From contig CAVWPX010000003.1 in NCBI GenBank assembly GCA_963757055.1, positions 1,986 through 65,985 of the forward strand: a stretch of 64,000 bases of DNA, in the 5' to 3' direction. This document shows, in pieces, positions 1-9,690 of the stretch; positions within the stretch are counted from its first letter, which is position 1, and every line of letters starts with the position of its first letter. Both the position numbers and the translations under genes were made by a program. This DNA comes from an uncultured Chloroflexia bacterium. GTDB taxonomy: Bacteria; Chloroflexota; Limnocylindria; Limnocylindrales; CSP1-4. The notes under the pieces were generated by a model. The model was not told where the DNA came from, ran no database searches, and saw only the letters and a program-made list of their open reading frames with translations.

Positions 1-759
1 GAGAACATCACCGTCGATGTCCTGGCCCCGATCACGAAGACCGTCCCGACGCCGGCCGGCCCGAAACCGGCGCTGCCGTTCCTGAGCGAACCGAAGGCGC
101 AGCTGTCCGGGGTCACCAGCGGATCCGGCTCGCCGTCCGCGTCCCACACGATCAACGGGCAGTCCGTGGTGCTTCGGCTGACCTACGGCCGGTGCCGGAT
201 CCTGTTCACCGGTGATCTCAACCAAGAGGCCGAGGCGACGCTGATCGCCGCCGATGCCGCGGGGACGTCGCCACTCGAATCGGACGTCCTCAAAGTGCCG
301 CACCACGGTTCCGCGGACTTCTCGAAGGACTTCCTCAAGGCAACGGGAGCGCTGATCTCGGTCGTCTCCTCGGGCGACGAATCGGCGCGCAAGGAGTACA
401 TCCACCCGCGCGCGACGCTCGTCGGCGGCCTCGGTCGCTATTCGCGGACCGAGGACCCGCTGGTCTTCGTGACCGAGCTCGTCGCCTTCTTCGCGACCGA
501 GGGGTACGTGACGGACGAGTGGCACGCGATGACGCCTGCCGGCGTCGCCGCCATCAAGCGCGGTGTCGACCTCGTAGACGTCCCGACCAGAAAGTCGTTC
601 TACGGCTTCAGCCGCTCGGCCTTCGGGACCGTGCATCTCCGAACCGACGGCAAGCGGCTCCTGGTGTGGACGGACAGTGCGCTGGCCGACATGAAGGAGG
701 CCTATAGCTTCGACCTCACGGCGGCGAAGCCAGTCCTGTCATCCGTCGACCTGTTCTGA
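1..759 (+). CDS. MBL-fold metallo-hydrolase, ComEC/Rec2-type C-terminal domain; 5' end outside window
   Basis: Frame 1 is open from nt 1 into the listed 166..759 ORF. Motifs ILFTGDLN and LKVPHHGS match the ComEC-type beta-lactamase fold. Confidence 0.6.
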   Translation, partial: ENITVDVLAPITKTVPTPAGPKPALPFLSEPKAQLSGVTSGSGSPSASHTINGQSVVLRLTYGRCRILFTGDLNQEAEATLIAADAAGTSPLESDVLKVPHHGSADFSKDFLKATGALISVVSSGDESARKEYIHPRATLVGGLGRYSRTEDPLVFVTELVAFFATEGYVTDEWHAMTPAGVAAIKRGVDLVDVPTRKSFYGFSRSAFGTVHLRTDGKRLLVWTDSALADMKEAYSFDLTAAKPVLSSVDLF

Positions 760-774
760 GACGCAGGCTCCGCC

Positions 775-1299
775 TCAGGCGACGCGCGTCGAGGTCATCA
801 CCCAGTTGACCTCCCAGGTCGCGCCGCCGTCGGTCGAGAACGCCTGCTCCCAGCGGCAGGTCGTGGCGGTGATGTCCGACCAGAGGAAGCGCACGAGGAT
901 CGGCCGGCCGTCGAAGGTGTCCGGTGCGATGAACGTGCCGATGCCGTCGACGAAGCCGCCGACCACCGGCGGGTCGAGCCGGCCGGGCGTCCGCCCGTCG
1001 AGCCACCAGATCGACCAGCGGTCGGTTTCGGGGTCGTAGGTCCGCAGCGAGATCGCCCGGTACTCGCCGTCGGGCAGCTCGAGGACGTTGTCGTCGATGT
1101 TCCCTGCGCCGTCGAGGATCGGCCACGCGGTCGACGTGCCCTCGAACTCGGCCCACTCGTCGCTGCCGGCGAGCCGCTTCACCAGCCGCCGGTGGTGGAC
1201 CGCCCAGGTGCCCATGTAGAAGTCGAAGTCGTGGACGGCCGGGCCGGGCTCGAAGGTCTCGGGCGCGACGCCCTGGACGGTGCTGCTTGGGCTGTTCAT
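775..1299 (-). CDS. conserved hypothetical protein (174 aa)
   Basis: Intact ORF with ATG start. Protein-like composition (Trp/Asp/Phe-rich, not an Arg/Pro/Gly shadow). Convergent with the upstream gene. Confidence 0.6.
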   Translation of the reverse strand: MNSPSSTVQGVAPETFEPGPAVHDFDFYMGTWAVHHRRLVKRLAGSDEWAEFEGTSTAWPILDGAGNIDDNVLELPDGEYRAISLRTYDPETDRWSIWWLDGRTPGRLDPPVVGGFVDGIGTFIAPDTFDGRPILVRFLWSDITATTCRWEQAFSTDGGATWEVNWVMTSTRVA

Positions 1300-1391
1300 G
1301 ACGTCTCCTTGCTGTCCGACGTGTCATGCTCGGTATAGGCCGCAGACCGGTCACGGACTGTCAGGTATCGCGTCGGCGAAGGAGGCTTCAG

Positions 1392-1760
1392 ATGGACTTC
1401 AACAGCATCCTGATCGGGTCGGAGAACGCCGAGCGACTGGCCGAGTACTACACGAAGCTGCTGGGCGCGCCGGCGTTCTCGGACGGCGGCTACACCGCGT
1501 GGCAGATCGGGTCGGGCTGGGTCACCGTCGGCCCGCATTCCGAGGTCAAGGGCAGCAACGACGCGCCCGGCCGGCTCATCTGGAACATCGAGTCGAAGGA
1601 CGTCAAGGGCGACTTCGAGCGGATGAAGGCGGCCGGCGCGATCGTCGTCCGCGAGCCGTACGACTTCGACATGGATGGGCAGGAGTCCACGGCGCTGATC
1701 GCCACGCTCGCCGACCCCGACGGCAACTACTTCCAGCTCACGAGCCCGCTGGAGATGTAG
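1392..1760 (+). CDS. VOC/glyoxalase-family protein
   Basis: GAAGGAGG Shine-Dalgarno just upstream of ATG 1392 (the listed ORF starts earlier, at 1326). Glyoxalase-like sequence ending ...LADPDGNYFQL. Confidence 0.75.
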   Translation: MDFNSILIGSENAERLAEYYTKLLGAPAFSDGGYTAWQIGSGWVTVGPHSEVKGSNDAPGRLIWNIESKDVKGDFERMKAAGAIVVREPYDFDMDGQESTALIATLADPDGNYFQLTSPLEM

Positions 1761-1944
1761 CTCCGATGGCCGGGCGGCCCGGATGGCGCCGCCCGGCCGC
1801 CGCGCCGCCGGCGGCGATAGCCTTCGGCGATCGCTCGCGAGAGGTTCCGAGACGCACCGGGTCCGAGGCTGACGGATTGCGTTCGATCCCGGATTCGGCA
1901 TACTCCAGCGACGCGGCCGTCCGGCCGGGCGATCGGTCCGCGAC

Positions 1945-4170
1945 ATGGAAGGGCGAATGGTCCACTGGCGACGCACACCTGCCGCCGCCCTCGTGCTCGT
2001 CCTCCTGTTGCCGATCATCGCGGGATCTGCGACGCCCGTGGCGAGCGCGGTCCAGCCCACGTACACGGGCTTCGCCGTCGCCGACGATCCGCTCAACCAC
2101 GTCTTCGACCAGGACCCTTCGGACCTCCAGGGCTGGTTCGACGGCCAGGAGCTCGCGATCGGTGCAGACGGCTGGGGCTTCTTCTTCTCGTCGGGTCCGG
2201 ATCCTCTGCACCTGGGCGACTACCTGGACCTCCATGATCCCCTCGGGAACTCGTGGGCGCCGGCGATGACCGTCAACCACGGGTTCGGGTGCAACCTCGG
2301 GTACCAGGGCGACTTCAACATCGTCCAGCTGCCTGTGACCAAGCCCGACGGGACGCTGGTGAGCTTCGCGGCCGATTTCCGGTACCGATGCATCCGCCCC
2401 GAGGGCGACCCGCTTCCCCACCAGTGGACCCAGGGCTCGATCCGGCTGGCCGCGGCCACGCCACCGAGCGTCATCCCCGTGCTGAAGTCGCTGTCCTTTC
2501 CCGACACGACAGTCGGCCACACCAGCGACACAACCCTGACGCTGACGGCGATCGGAAGTGGCACGTCGACGATCGATGGGGTGACCGTGCGACGGGGGAG
2601 CGGACCCGTCGATGTTCGACATCGTCAACGATCACTGCTCGGGAGTGACCCTGGGTCGGGACGACTCCTGCGATGTCGATGTCCGCTTCGCGCCGAGCGC
2701 CTCGACCCCGCGTTCGGCGTTCGTCACCGTCGACGTCGGTGGTCCGGCGTTCGCGCGTCAGATCCTGGTATCGGGCACCGCCCTCTCGCCGATCCTCGGC
2801 GAGCCGCTCGCTCGTCCGCCTCAACAGTGACCCGGGCGAGTGGGTGGGGAGTGGACGGATCGTCGACGACCCGAACTTCCCGCTCGGCGTGCAGGTGCCG
2901 CCAGACACGACCGGTGTCTATCTCACCACCCAGCTCGGCCGGATGCTGTTCCGTTCGCCCGACGGGAGCGATCTCCCGATCGGGCATTACGACTACCCGG
3001 ACCCCCCGCCGGACGACGACCGCATCATGTCCGTGTCGGTCTTCGGCCATGGCTGCAACCGCTACGACGGCTCGTTCGATGTCCTGCAGGCGCCGATTCG
3101 CGACCTCGACGGGGCGCTGCTGAGCGTCGCCATCGACTTCACCCAGCACTGCGATGGGAGTCCCCTTCGTCTGCGGGGGTCGATCCGCTTCCATTCGACC
3201 GTGGCGGCGTGGGACATCGTCCCGCCGGTCGGGGCCGTCGCGATCGGCGCGACCAGCCCCGCGGTCAGCGATCCGGTGGTGCCGTTGGACGTGACCGCGG
3301 TGGACGAGGCGGGGGTCGCCGCGGTCGAGGTGTCCAACAACGGCTCGTCATGGTCGAGCCGCGCCTACGAACCGACCTTCGACTGGTCCCTGACGGACCC
3401 CGACGTACGGCGGCACGGCCCAGGATGGCGACAAGCAGGTCGCCGTTCGCTGGACGGACGAGCTAGGGAACGTTTCACATACCTCGACGACGCACATCAG
3501 CCTCGACCGGGTCGCTCCCGTGGTCAGTGGCGTCGCGCGGTCCACGCCGAGCGGCACGGCCATCAGCGGCGGGACGACGGTCGTCCGGGTCCGCTGGGTC
3601 GGGTCGGATGCCACGTCCGGCATCGCCCGCTATCAGGTCGAGCGCCAGGTCGATGGTGGCGCGTGGACCAGGCTCCCGGCCGAACCTGCGACGCCCTCGC
3701 TCGACGTCGCGCTCGCCGCCCAGCACGCGTATCGGTTCAGGGTCCGCGCGATCGACCGTGCCGGGAATGTCGGCGACTGGACCGCCGGGCCCGGCTTCTC
3801 GCTCTCGAGCTTCACCGAGTCCAGCACCCGGATCGCGTACAAGGGAGCGTGGACCAAAGTCTCGAGCTCTCTGTTCTGGGGCGGGTCCGCTCGAAAGGCG
3901 ACCGCCACGGGGGCGACGGCCACCATCAAGGTCACCGGGCGATCGATCGCATGGATCGGTCTCCGTGGTCCGGGCCGCGGAAAGGCGACGATCTACGTCG
4001 ACGGGACCAAGGTCGCCACTGTCGACCTCTATGCGAGCACATATCAGGGTCAGCGCGTCATCTGGGCGCGAGACTGGCCGACGTCGGGGACCCGCACGGT
4101 CATGATCCGCGTCGCGGGCACCTCGGGGCGGCCACGGATCGACCTCGATGGGATGATCGTCGGCACCTGA
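1945..4170 (+). pseudogene. large secreted multidomain protein (~741 aa), frame-disrupted at 3 sites as assembled
   Basis: Signal peptide LLLPIIAGSATPVASA. Reading continues across frame switches at the G5 run 2594-2598, near 2800-2815, and at the C4 run 3398-3401. Contains two Cys-pair modules, a choice-of-anchor-like segment (FDIVNDHCSGVTLGRDDSCDVDVRF), an Fn3-like segment and a C-terminal beta module. Confidence 0.7.
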
Positions 4171-4206
4171 CCGGCCGCACGGCGGCGCCTGCGCTAGCCT
4201 TCGGCG

Positions 4207-5262
4207 ATGGCCCCCGAGATCCGGTTCGCGACGACGAGCGACGGCGTGCGCATCGCGTGGTCGTCGGTGGGATCCGGGCCGGTGCTGGTCCACATGCCCG
4301 GCGTCCCGCTCTCGAACCTCGAGGCGGAATGGCGGATCCCCGTCCTGCAGCGCGCCTATGGCGGGCTCGGCGAGCGCGTCCGGCTGATCCAGTACGACGG
4401 TCGCGGCACGGGACGGAGCCAGCGCGACGTCGACGACGTGTCGCTCGAGGCGGACCTGCGCGACCTCGATGCGGTCGTGGCGGCGGCCGGCGCCCGCGAG
4501 GTCGTCCTCTTCGGCTTCTATCACTCCGCGATGTCCGCGGTCGCCTGGGCGGCGAGACATCCGGAGCGGGTCCGCGGGCTCGTGCTGTTCGGCGGCGGCC
4601 TCCGCGGCTGGGACCTGATGCGCGGACCCGGGACCCAGGCGCTCCTGAGCCTCATCGACCGCGACTGGGACACCTTCGTCGAGTCCGTCACGCACGCGTG
4701 GCTCGGCTGGCCGGGCGGTGAGGAGGGCCGGCTCGCCGCGGAGGTGTTCCGGACCTCGACGAGCCCGGCCATCGCAAAGGCCACGCTCCAGGCGGCCGGC
4801 GAGATCGACGTGACCGACGCGGCGCCCCTGGTCGAGGCGCCGGCGATCGTCATCCATCGCCGGGACGCGACGGTCATCCCGCTCGATGTCTCGCGGGCGC
4901 TGGCGGACGCGCTGCCGCACGGCCGGCTCGAGGTCATCGACGGCCGGTCGGCGACGATGTTCTTCGAAGGCACCGACGAGGTCGTCGACCTGTTGGCCGA
5001 CTTCACGCTCGATCCGTCGATGGCCGGCGCCCCGCTGACGCGGCCGCGAACGGCACGCCCGGACGCCACCGACCAGCTGTCGCCACGCGAGCGCGAGGTC
5101 CTGCGGCTCATCGCCGCGGGCGAGAGCAACGGCCAGATCGCCGCGCGGCTCGGCATCTCGATCAACACCGTCGAGCGCCACGTGAGCAACCTCTATCGCA
5201 AGATCGAGGCGCGCGGCCGCGCCGACGCGACCGCCTGGGCGATCCGCAACAGCCTCGCCTGA
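4207..5262 (+). CDS. alpha/beta-hydrolase domain fused to LuxR-type HTH regulator
   Basis: Intact 351-aa ORF. N-terminal alpha/beta-hydrolase-like sequence (RLIQYDGRGTGRS, VVLFGFYHSAMS...RHPERVRGLVLFG). C-terminal LSPREREVLRLIAAGESNGQIAARLGISINTVERHVSNLYRKI. Confidence 0.8.
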   Translation: MAPEIRFATTSDGVRIAWSSVGSGPVLVHMPGVPLSNLEAEWRIPVLQRAYGGLGERVRLIQYDGRGTGRSQRDVDDVSLEADLRDLDAVVAAAGAREVVLFGFYHSAMSAVAWAARHPERVRGLVLFGGGLRGWDLMRGPGTQALLSLIDRDWDTFVESVTHAWLGWPGGEEGRLAAEVFRTSTSPAIAKATLQAAGEIDVTDAAPLVEAPAIVIHRRDATVIPLDVSRALADALPHGRLEVIDGRSATMFFEGTDEVVDLLADFTLDPSMAGAPLTRPRTARPDATDQLSPREREVLRLIAAGESNGQIAARLGISINTVERHVSNLYRKIEARGRADATAWAIRNSLA

Positions 5263-5321
5263 GGGCCAGCCGGAGCGTTCCGGTCACGGGTTTCCGTGAG
5301 CGCCGATGACGGTCCCCGGGG

Positions 5322-5802
5322 ATGCGCCGGAACGACGACCGGCCCATCATCGACGGCATGACGACACCGACTCCCCTCCCCGCCGACGCCGCGGCTCGCC
5401 CGGCGACCCCGAAGGCCCCCAGCCTCGCGCATCGACTCTCGATCCGCTTCGGATCGATGTCACGCCCGCTCGCCGGCAGCCGATGGTTCCCGTTGTGGGC
5501 CGTCCTCGGACACACCGGCCGCACGTCCGGGACGCCCTATGAGATCCCGATCGTGGCGCTGCGGCGACCCGACGGCTATCTGATCCCGATGCCCTTCGGC
5601 GAGTCGACCCAATGGGCCAAGAACGTCCTGGCGGCCGGTGGCGGCAGCATCCGCCGGGCGGGCCGGACGGTCACCGATCGACCGCCCCGAGATCATCCCG
5701 CTCGAGGTCGCCGACGCGGAGCTGCCCGCGATCATCCGGTTCGCGTCACGCCGCTTCGGGATCCGCCAGTACATGCGCGTCCGGCGCGTCGACGCCGCCT
5801 AG
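5322..5802 (+). pseudogene. DUF385 / nitroreductase-family deazaflavin-dependent oxidoreductase, one frame switch near 5675
   Basis: N-terminal part GHTGRTSGTPYEIPIVALRRPDGYLIPMPFGESTQWAKNV lies in frame 0. The C-terminal part IDRPEIIPLEVADAELPAIIRFASRRFGIRQYMRV continues in frame 1 to TAG 5800-5802. Start could also be 5358. Confidence 0.65.
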
Positions 5803-6239
5803 GCCTCGACGCCCTCGCCGAACCGCTCGCGGTGGTCGAGCGGGATCAGCGGCTTCTCGCCGCGGACCTTGAGCTGCTGGACCGACCAGGTGTTGCCGTC
5901 CGGGTCGCTGAACCCGAAGAACGTGCCGCCGTCGCGCTCGTCGAAGACCATGATCTCGCTCGCCTCGACGCCCCGGTCGAGGAGCTCCTGGCGCGCGGCG
6001 GCCGCGTCGGCGACGACCAGCTGGAGCCCGCGCATCGAACCCGGCGCCATCTCGCGCTGGGTCGGCAGGTCGCCGATCACGATGGAGCAGCCCGAGCCGG
6101 TCGGCGTGAGCTGGACCACGTGCATGAACTCGTTGGTCGTGTCGTGGTCGAGGTGGAACCCGACCTGGTCGCGGTAGAACGCGACGGATCGGTCGATGTC
6201 GCTCACGGGCAGGATCACGACTTCCAGGGTCCAGTCCAT
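5799..6239 (-). CDS. VOC/glyoxalase-family protein
   Basis: ATG 6239 preceded by GGAGAAG. Sequence MDWTLEVVILPVSDIDRSVAFYRDQVGFHL...SDPDGNTWSVQQ is typical of the family. Confidence 0.8.
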   Translation of the reverse strand: MDWTLEVVILPVSDIDRSVAFYRDQVGFHLDHDTTNEFMHVVQLTPTGSGCSIVIGDLPTQREMAPGSMRGLQLVVADAAAARQELLDRGVEASEIMVFDERDGGTFFGFSDPDGNTWSVQQLKVRGEKPLIPLDHRERFGEGVEA

Positions 6240-6319
6240 CGGGGCTTCTCCAGCTTCTCGTCGGCCGTCATGGTGGGCCGCCCGGTACGTCCCGGGCGCC
6301 CACCGGTGATCGGGCGCAG

Positions 6320-6750
6320 TCAGCGGCCAGGCACCTGCATGACCGCGAGGATGTTGCGGTCCGGGTCGCGGAACCACGCGACACGCCCCTCGCCGGCCTT
6401 GCCCGCGATGCCCCGGGCGTCGGTCTTCGGGCCGTCATTCCCGTCGTAATGCTCCATCGGGATGCCCGCCGCGATCAGCGAGTCGACGGTCGTTTCGATG
6501 TCCCGCACCGGCAGGTTCAGGACCGTGAAGACCGCTGGCTTGTGGTCCGGCTTCGGGTAGACGAGGACCTTCGCATCTCCGCTCCCGTGGAGCTCGAAGA
6601 TCCCCATCTCGGTGTCGTCGCGGACGTCGAGGCCGAGCGTGCCCTTGTAGAAGTCACGAGCGCATCGATGTCCTTGACCGCGAAGCTCGCGTGCAGCGGA
6701 CTGGTCCGCAGGTCGAGTCGTTCCTTGACCATGGTGCTGTCGGTACGCAT
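6320..6750 (-). pseudogene. VOC/glyoxalase-family protein, one frame switch near 6660
   Basis: GAGGAGG then ATG 6750. N-terminal part ...LHASFAVKDIDA is in one frame and ARDFYKGTLGLDVRDD...WFRDPDRNILAV in another. Length is 3n+2. Confidence 0.65.
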
Positions 6751-6945
6751 CGGCAGCCTCCTCGCGTTGGCGCCGGCCGTGGTTCGGCCGACATCCCCGT
6801 AGAGGGTGGCGCGGCCGGGCGGCCGACATCGCACCGTACCGAGTCGGCCAGACGCATCGAATCAGCGTCGGGACCCTCGCCCGACAGGCGCGTGACAGAT
6901 CCGCCGGCGTCCACCGCCCGCGACAGTCGTCCCTAGACTGGCGGC

Positions 6946-7464
6946 GTGGAGATCCGGCTGGTCCGCCCCGACGAGTGGGCCGCGCTCAAGGCGCTGCGCC
7001 TGCGGGCGCTCGCGAGCGACCCCGATGCCTTCGGCGGCCGGCTCGAGGACGCCATCGAGCACGACGACGACCTGTGGCGGAAGCGGGCCGCGGCGGATCC
7101 GGCCGAGGCCGCCACCTTCGTCGCCGAGGAGCCGGACGGCGCCCTGGTCGGGATGGCGGTCGGCGCCAGGATCCAGGAGCGCCCCGACGCCGCTGGCCTC
7201 TTCGGGATGTGGGTCGCCCCGGAGGCGCGCGGCCAGGGCATCGGCGGCGCGCTGGTCGACGCGGTGGCGCGCTGGGCGCGCTCGGTCGGCTTCGAGCGGA
7301 TCGGCCTCGGCGTCGCGACGGCCAACATGGGCGTCGTCGCCTTCTACGAGCGGAAGGGGTTCGCGATCCTCGGCGAGCCGGTCCCGATGCACGAGGGATC
7401 GAGCCTGCAGATGCTGCGCATGGTCGCATCGCTCGACGCCGTCATCGGCCCGCCTTCGTCTTGA
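6946..7464 (+). CDS. GNAT-family N-acetyltransferase
   Basis: Intact 172-aa ORF with GTG start. Acetyl-CoA motif WVAPEARGQGIGGALV. Confidence 0.8.
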   Translation: MEIRLVRPDEWAALKALRLRALASDPDAFGGRLEDAIEHDDDLWRKRAAADPAEAATFVAEEPDGALVGMAVGARIQERPDAAGLFGMWVAPEARGQGIGGALVDAVARWARSVGFERIGLGVATANMGVVAFYERKGFAILGEPVPMHEGSSLQMLRMVASLDAVIGPPSS

Positions 7465-7816
7465 GCCTCGCCTCGCGGTTCTCGGCCATCCGGGCCTCGA
7501 CGATCCGGGTGACCAGGTCGTCGGGCAGCGGGTCGTCGGCCGTGAACTGGATCGAACCCTTCGAATGGACCCGTCCCTTGAGCTCGGGGCGGAACGCGTC
7601 GAGGGTCGCGGGGCTCATCACGTAGATCGCGCAATGCTTCGGCGTGGCGCCGTAGCCGATCAGCGACCCCATCCAGCGGAAGACCGGGACCCCGTAGCCG
7701 ATCCCCTCGGTGGCGTCCGGCGCCGCGGCGCGGATCGTGGCCCGCACGTGCTCGAGCGCCGCCCGGTCGGCCGCGGGCAGGGCGGCCAGATAGATGTCGA
7801 CCTCGGGCGTCGCCAT
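7442..7816 (-). CDS. DUF1801 (YdhG-like) domain protein
   Basis: Intact 124-aa ORF. IYLAALPAADRAALEHVRATIRAAAP...YGVPVF pattern. Last gene of a minus-strand run 9590 to 7442. Confidence 0.65.
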   Translation of the reverse strand: MATPEVDIYLAALPAADRAALEHVRATIRAAAPDATEGIGYGVPVFRWMGSLIGYGATPKHCAIYVMSPATLDAFRPELKGRVHSKGSIQFTADDPLPDDLVTRIVEARMAENREARLKTKAGR

Positions 7817-7820
7817 CGGC

Positions 7821-8207
7821 CTAGAGGTCGTATGCCTCGCGGTGGCGCGGCTGGTAGACCATGATCGGGTCGGCCCCGGGCACCTCGAGGTTCGCCGCCA
7901 GCCCGAACCCGTAGTCGACGATGTCGCCCTGGAAGGTGGCGCCGCGCGCCTCGAGCTCGGCCTTGGTGGCCGCGATGTCGTCGCACATCAGCGAGATCGA
8001 GTGGTGCCGGGGCGACGCGTACGCCTCCTCGCCGCTGCCACCCGACGTCGGGTGGACGGCCAGCTCGCTCGGGCCGCTCTTGAAGATCGGCCAGGGCGGC
8101 GTGCTGAACGGCTCCTCGACCGACGGCCACTGCAGCACGTCGCGCACGAACGCCCGGGTGGCCTCGGCGTCGTCCGAGTAGATCAGCGCGTGGACGGCCT
8201 TGATCAT
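7821..8207 (-). CDS. VOC/glyoxalase-family protein
   Basis: 128-aa reading from MIKAVHALIYSDD. Its ATG overlaps the TGA of the upstream oxidase (ATGA at 8204-8207). Confidence 0.75.
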   Translation of the reverse strand: MIKAVHALIYSDDAEATRAFVRDVLQWPSVEEPFSTPPWPIFKSGPSELAVHPTSGGSGEEAYASPRHHSISLMCDDIAATKAELEARGATFQGDIVDYGFGLAANLEVPGADPIMVYQPRHREAYDL

Positions 8208-9590
8208 CGGGTGGCTCCCGGCGGGATGTTCTGGTTGCTCCGGAACAGGTTCGTCGGGTCGTAGCGGGCCTTGATCGCCACGAGCCGCTCCCAGGTCGCC
8301 GGCGGGTACGCATCGCGGACCCGGTCCGGGCCTTCGTCGTTGATGAAGTTGACGTAGGCCGCGCGGTCGTCGCCGCGGAGCGCCGCCACCAGGCTCTCCA
8401 CCCACGCCTCGCGCTTCGGCCGGTCCTCGTCGCCGGCGTAGAACGACGCGACGTTGACCATGATCGGGCGCTGCCGATGGGCGAACGCGGTGGCGTCGGC
8501 CGGCACGCGGGTCATCGCGCCGCCGAGGACCCGGAGCTGGGCGACGCGCATCGGCGCGTCGGACGCCGCGAGGTGCTCGAGGATGGTCTCCGCCAGATCC
8601 CGGTCGATCGCGTCCACGAACAGGTTCTTCGAGGCCGCGAGCGGGTGGTAGTCGGGGTCCTCCGGCCCGTAGATCCCGACGTAGGGCATCTCGTGGAGCA
8701 TGTCGGCGAGCGGCGTGGCCAGGCCGCGGAACGGGGCCATCGCCGTGCTCGCCGTCCTCGCCGCCCCCGGCGTGGCACATCAGCGCGAGGATCACGACCT
8801 GCCCGTGGAGCTCGGCCGGGAGGAACGGCATCGGCGGGCAGGGCATGACGTTGGCGATCGTGGACAGCGTCTCGGGCGCCGCCTCGGCGGCCGCGATGAA
8901 CCCGGCGACCGTCTCCGGCGTCGCGGGCAGGATCAGCAGCCCGCCCAGGATCTGCTCGACGGGGTGCAGCCGCAGCTGGAACCTCGTGACGACCCCGAAG
9001 TTGCCGCCGCCGCCGCGGATGGCCCAGAAGAGATCGGGATGCGAGGTGGCGTCGACCCTGAGCAGCTCCCCGTCCGCGGTCACGATGTCCGCGGCGAGCA
9101 GCGAATCGATGGTCATGCCGAAGGCGCGAACGAGGAAGCCGATGCCGCCACCGAGCGTGATCCCGCCGAGCCCGACCGAGCCCGTGTCGCCGAACCCGGT
9201 CGCGAGGCCGTGCTCGCCGACCTTCGTCGTGTACTCGACGGCGGTCAGCCCCGAGCCGGCCCACGCGGTCCGGCCCTCGACGTCGATCTCGAGCTCGTCG
9301 AGGTCGCGCAGGTCGATGACGAGCCCGTCGTCGACGACGCTGTGGCCGGCACCGCTGTGGCCGCCGCTCCGGACGGCCAGCGGGAGGCCGGTCTCGCGTG
9401 CGACGCGCAGGACCTCGGCGATATCGGCGGCGTCGGCGACGCGGACGATGGCCAAGGGATGCCGGTCGATGCCGCCCGGCATCACCTTCCGCGCGTCGTC
9501 GTAGCCGGGGTCGTCGGCGGTGATGACCGGGCCGCGCACGACGGCGCGGAGGTCGTTGATCGTGTCGGTGGGAGCAGACGAGGTCGACAT
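8204..9590 (-). pseudogene. FAD-binding oxidoreductase with BBE-type C-terminal domain, one frame switch near 8743
   Basis: N-terminal FAD_binding_4-like LAVRSGGHSGAGHS. The C-terminal part continues in the 8204..8740 ORF (YVNF...RLVAIKARYDPTNLFRSNQNI). Length is 3n+1. Confidence 0.75.
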
Positions 9591-9690
9591 GGAGGAATCC
9601 TACCGAACCTCGACGGGGTCAGGTCGCGGACACGCAGAAGCGCCGAGCGGGCGGACCCGCTCGGCGCTCCTGGTGCAGCCGGAGAGCGAG

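Noticed and set aside
1-759. ComEC-type MBL domain together with the two SNase nucleases, considered as a competence/DNA-uptake system.
   Set aside because: The genes are 12 kb apart with unrelated genes between them. No other com/pil genes are present. The MBL domain alone, with its 5' part missing, is not diagnostic of ComEC.
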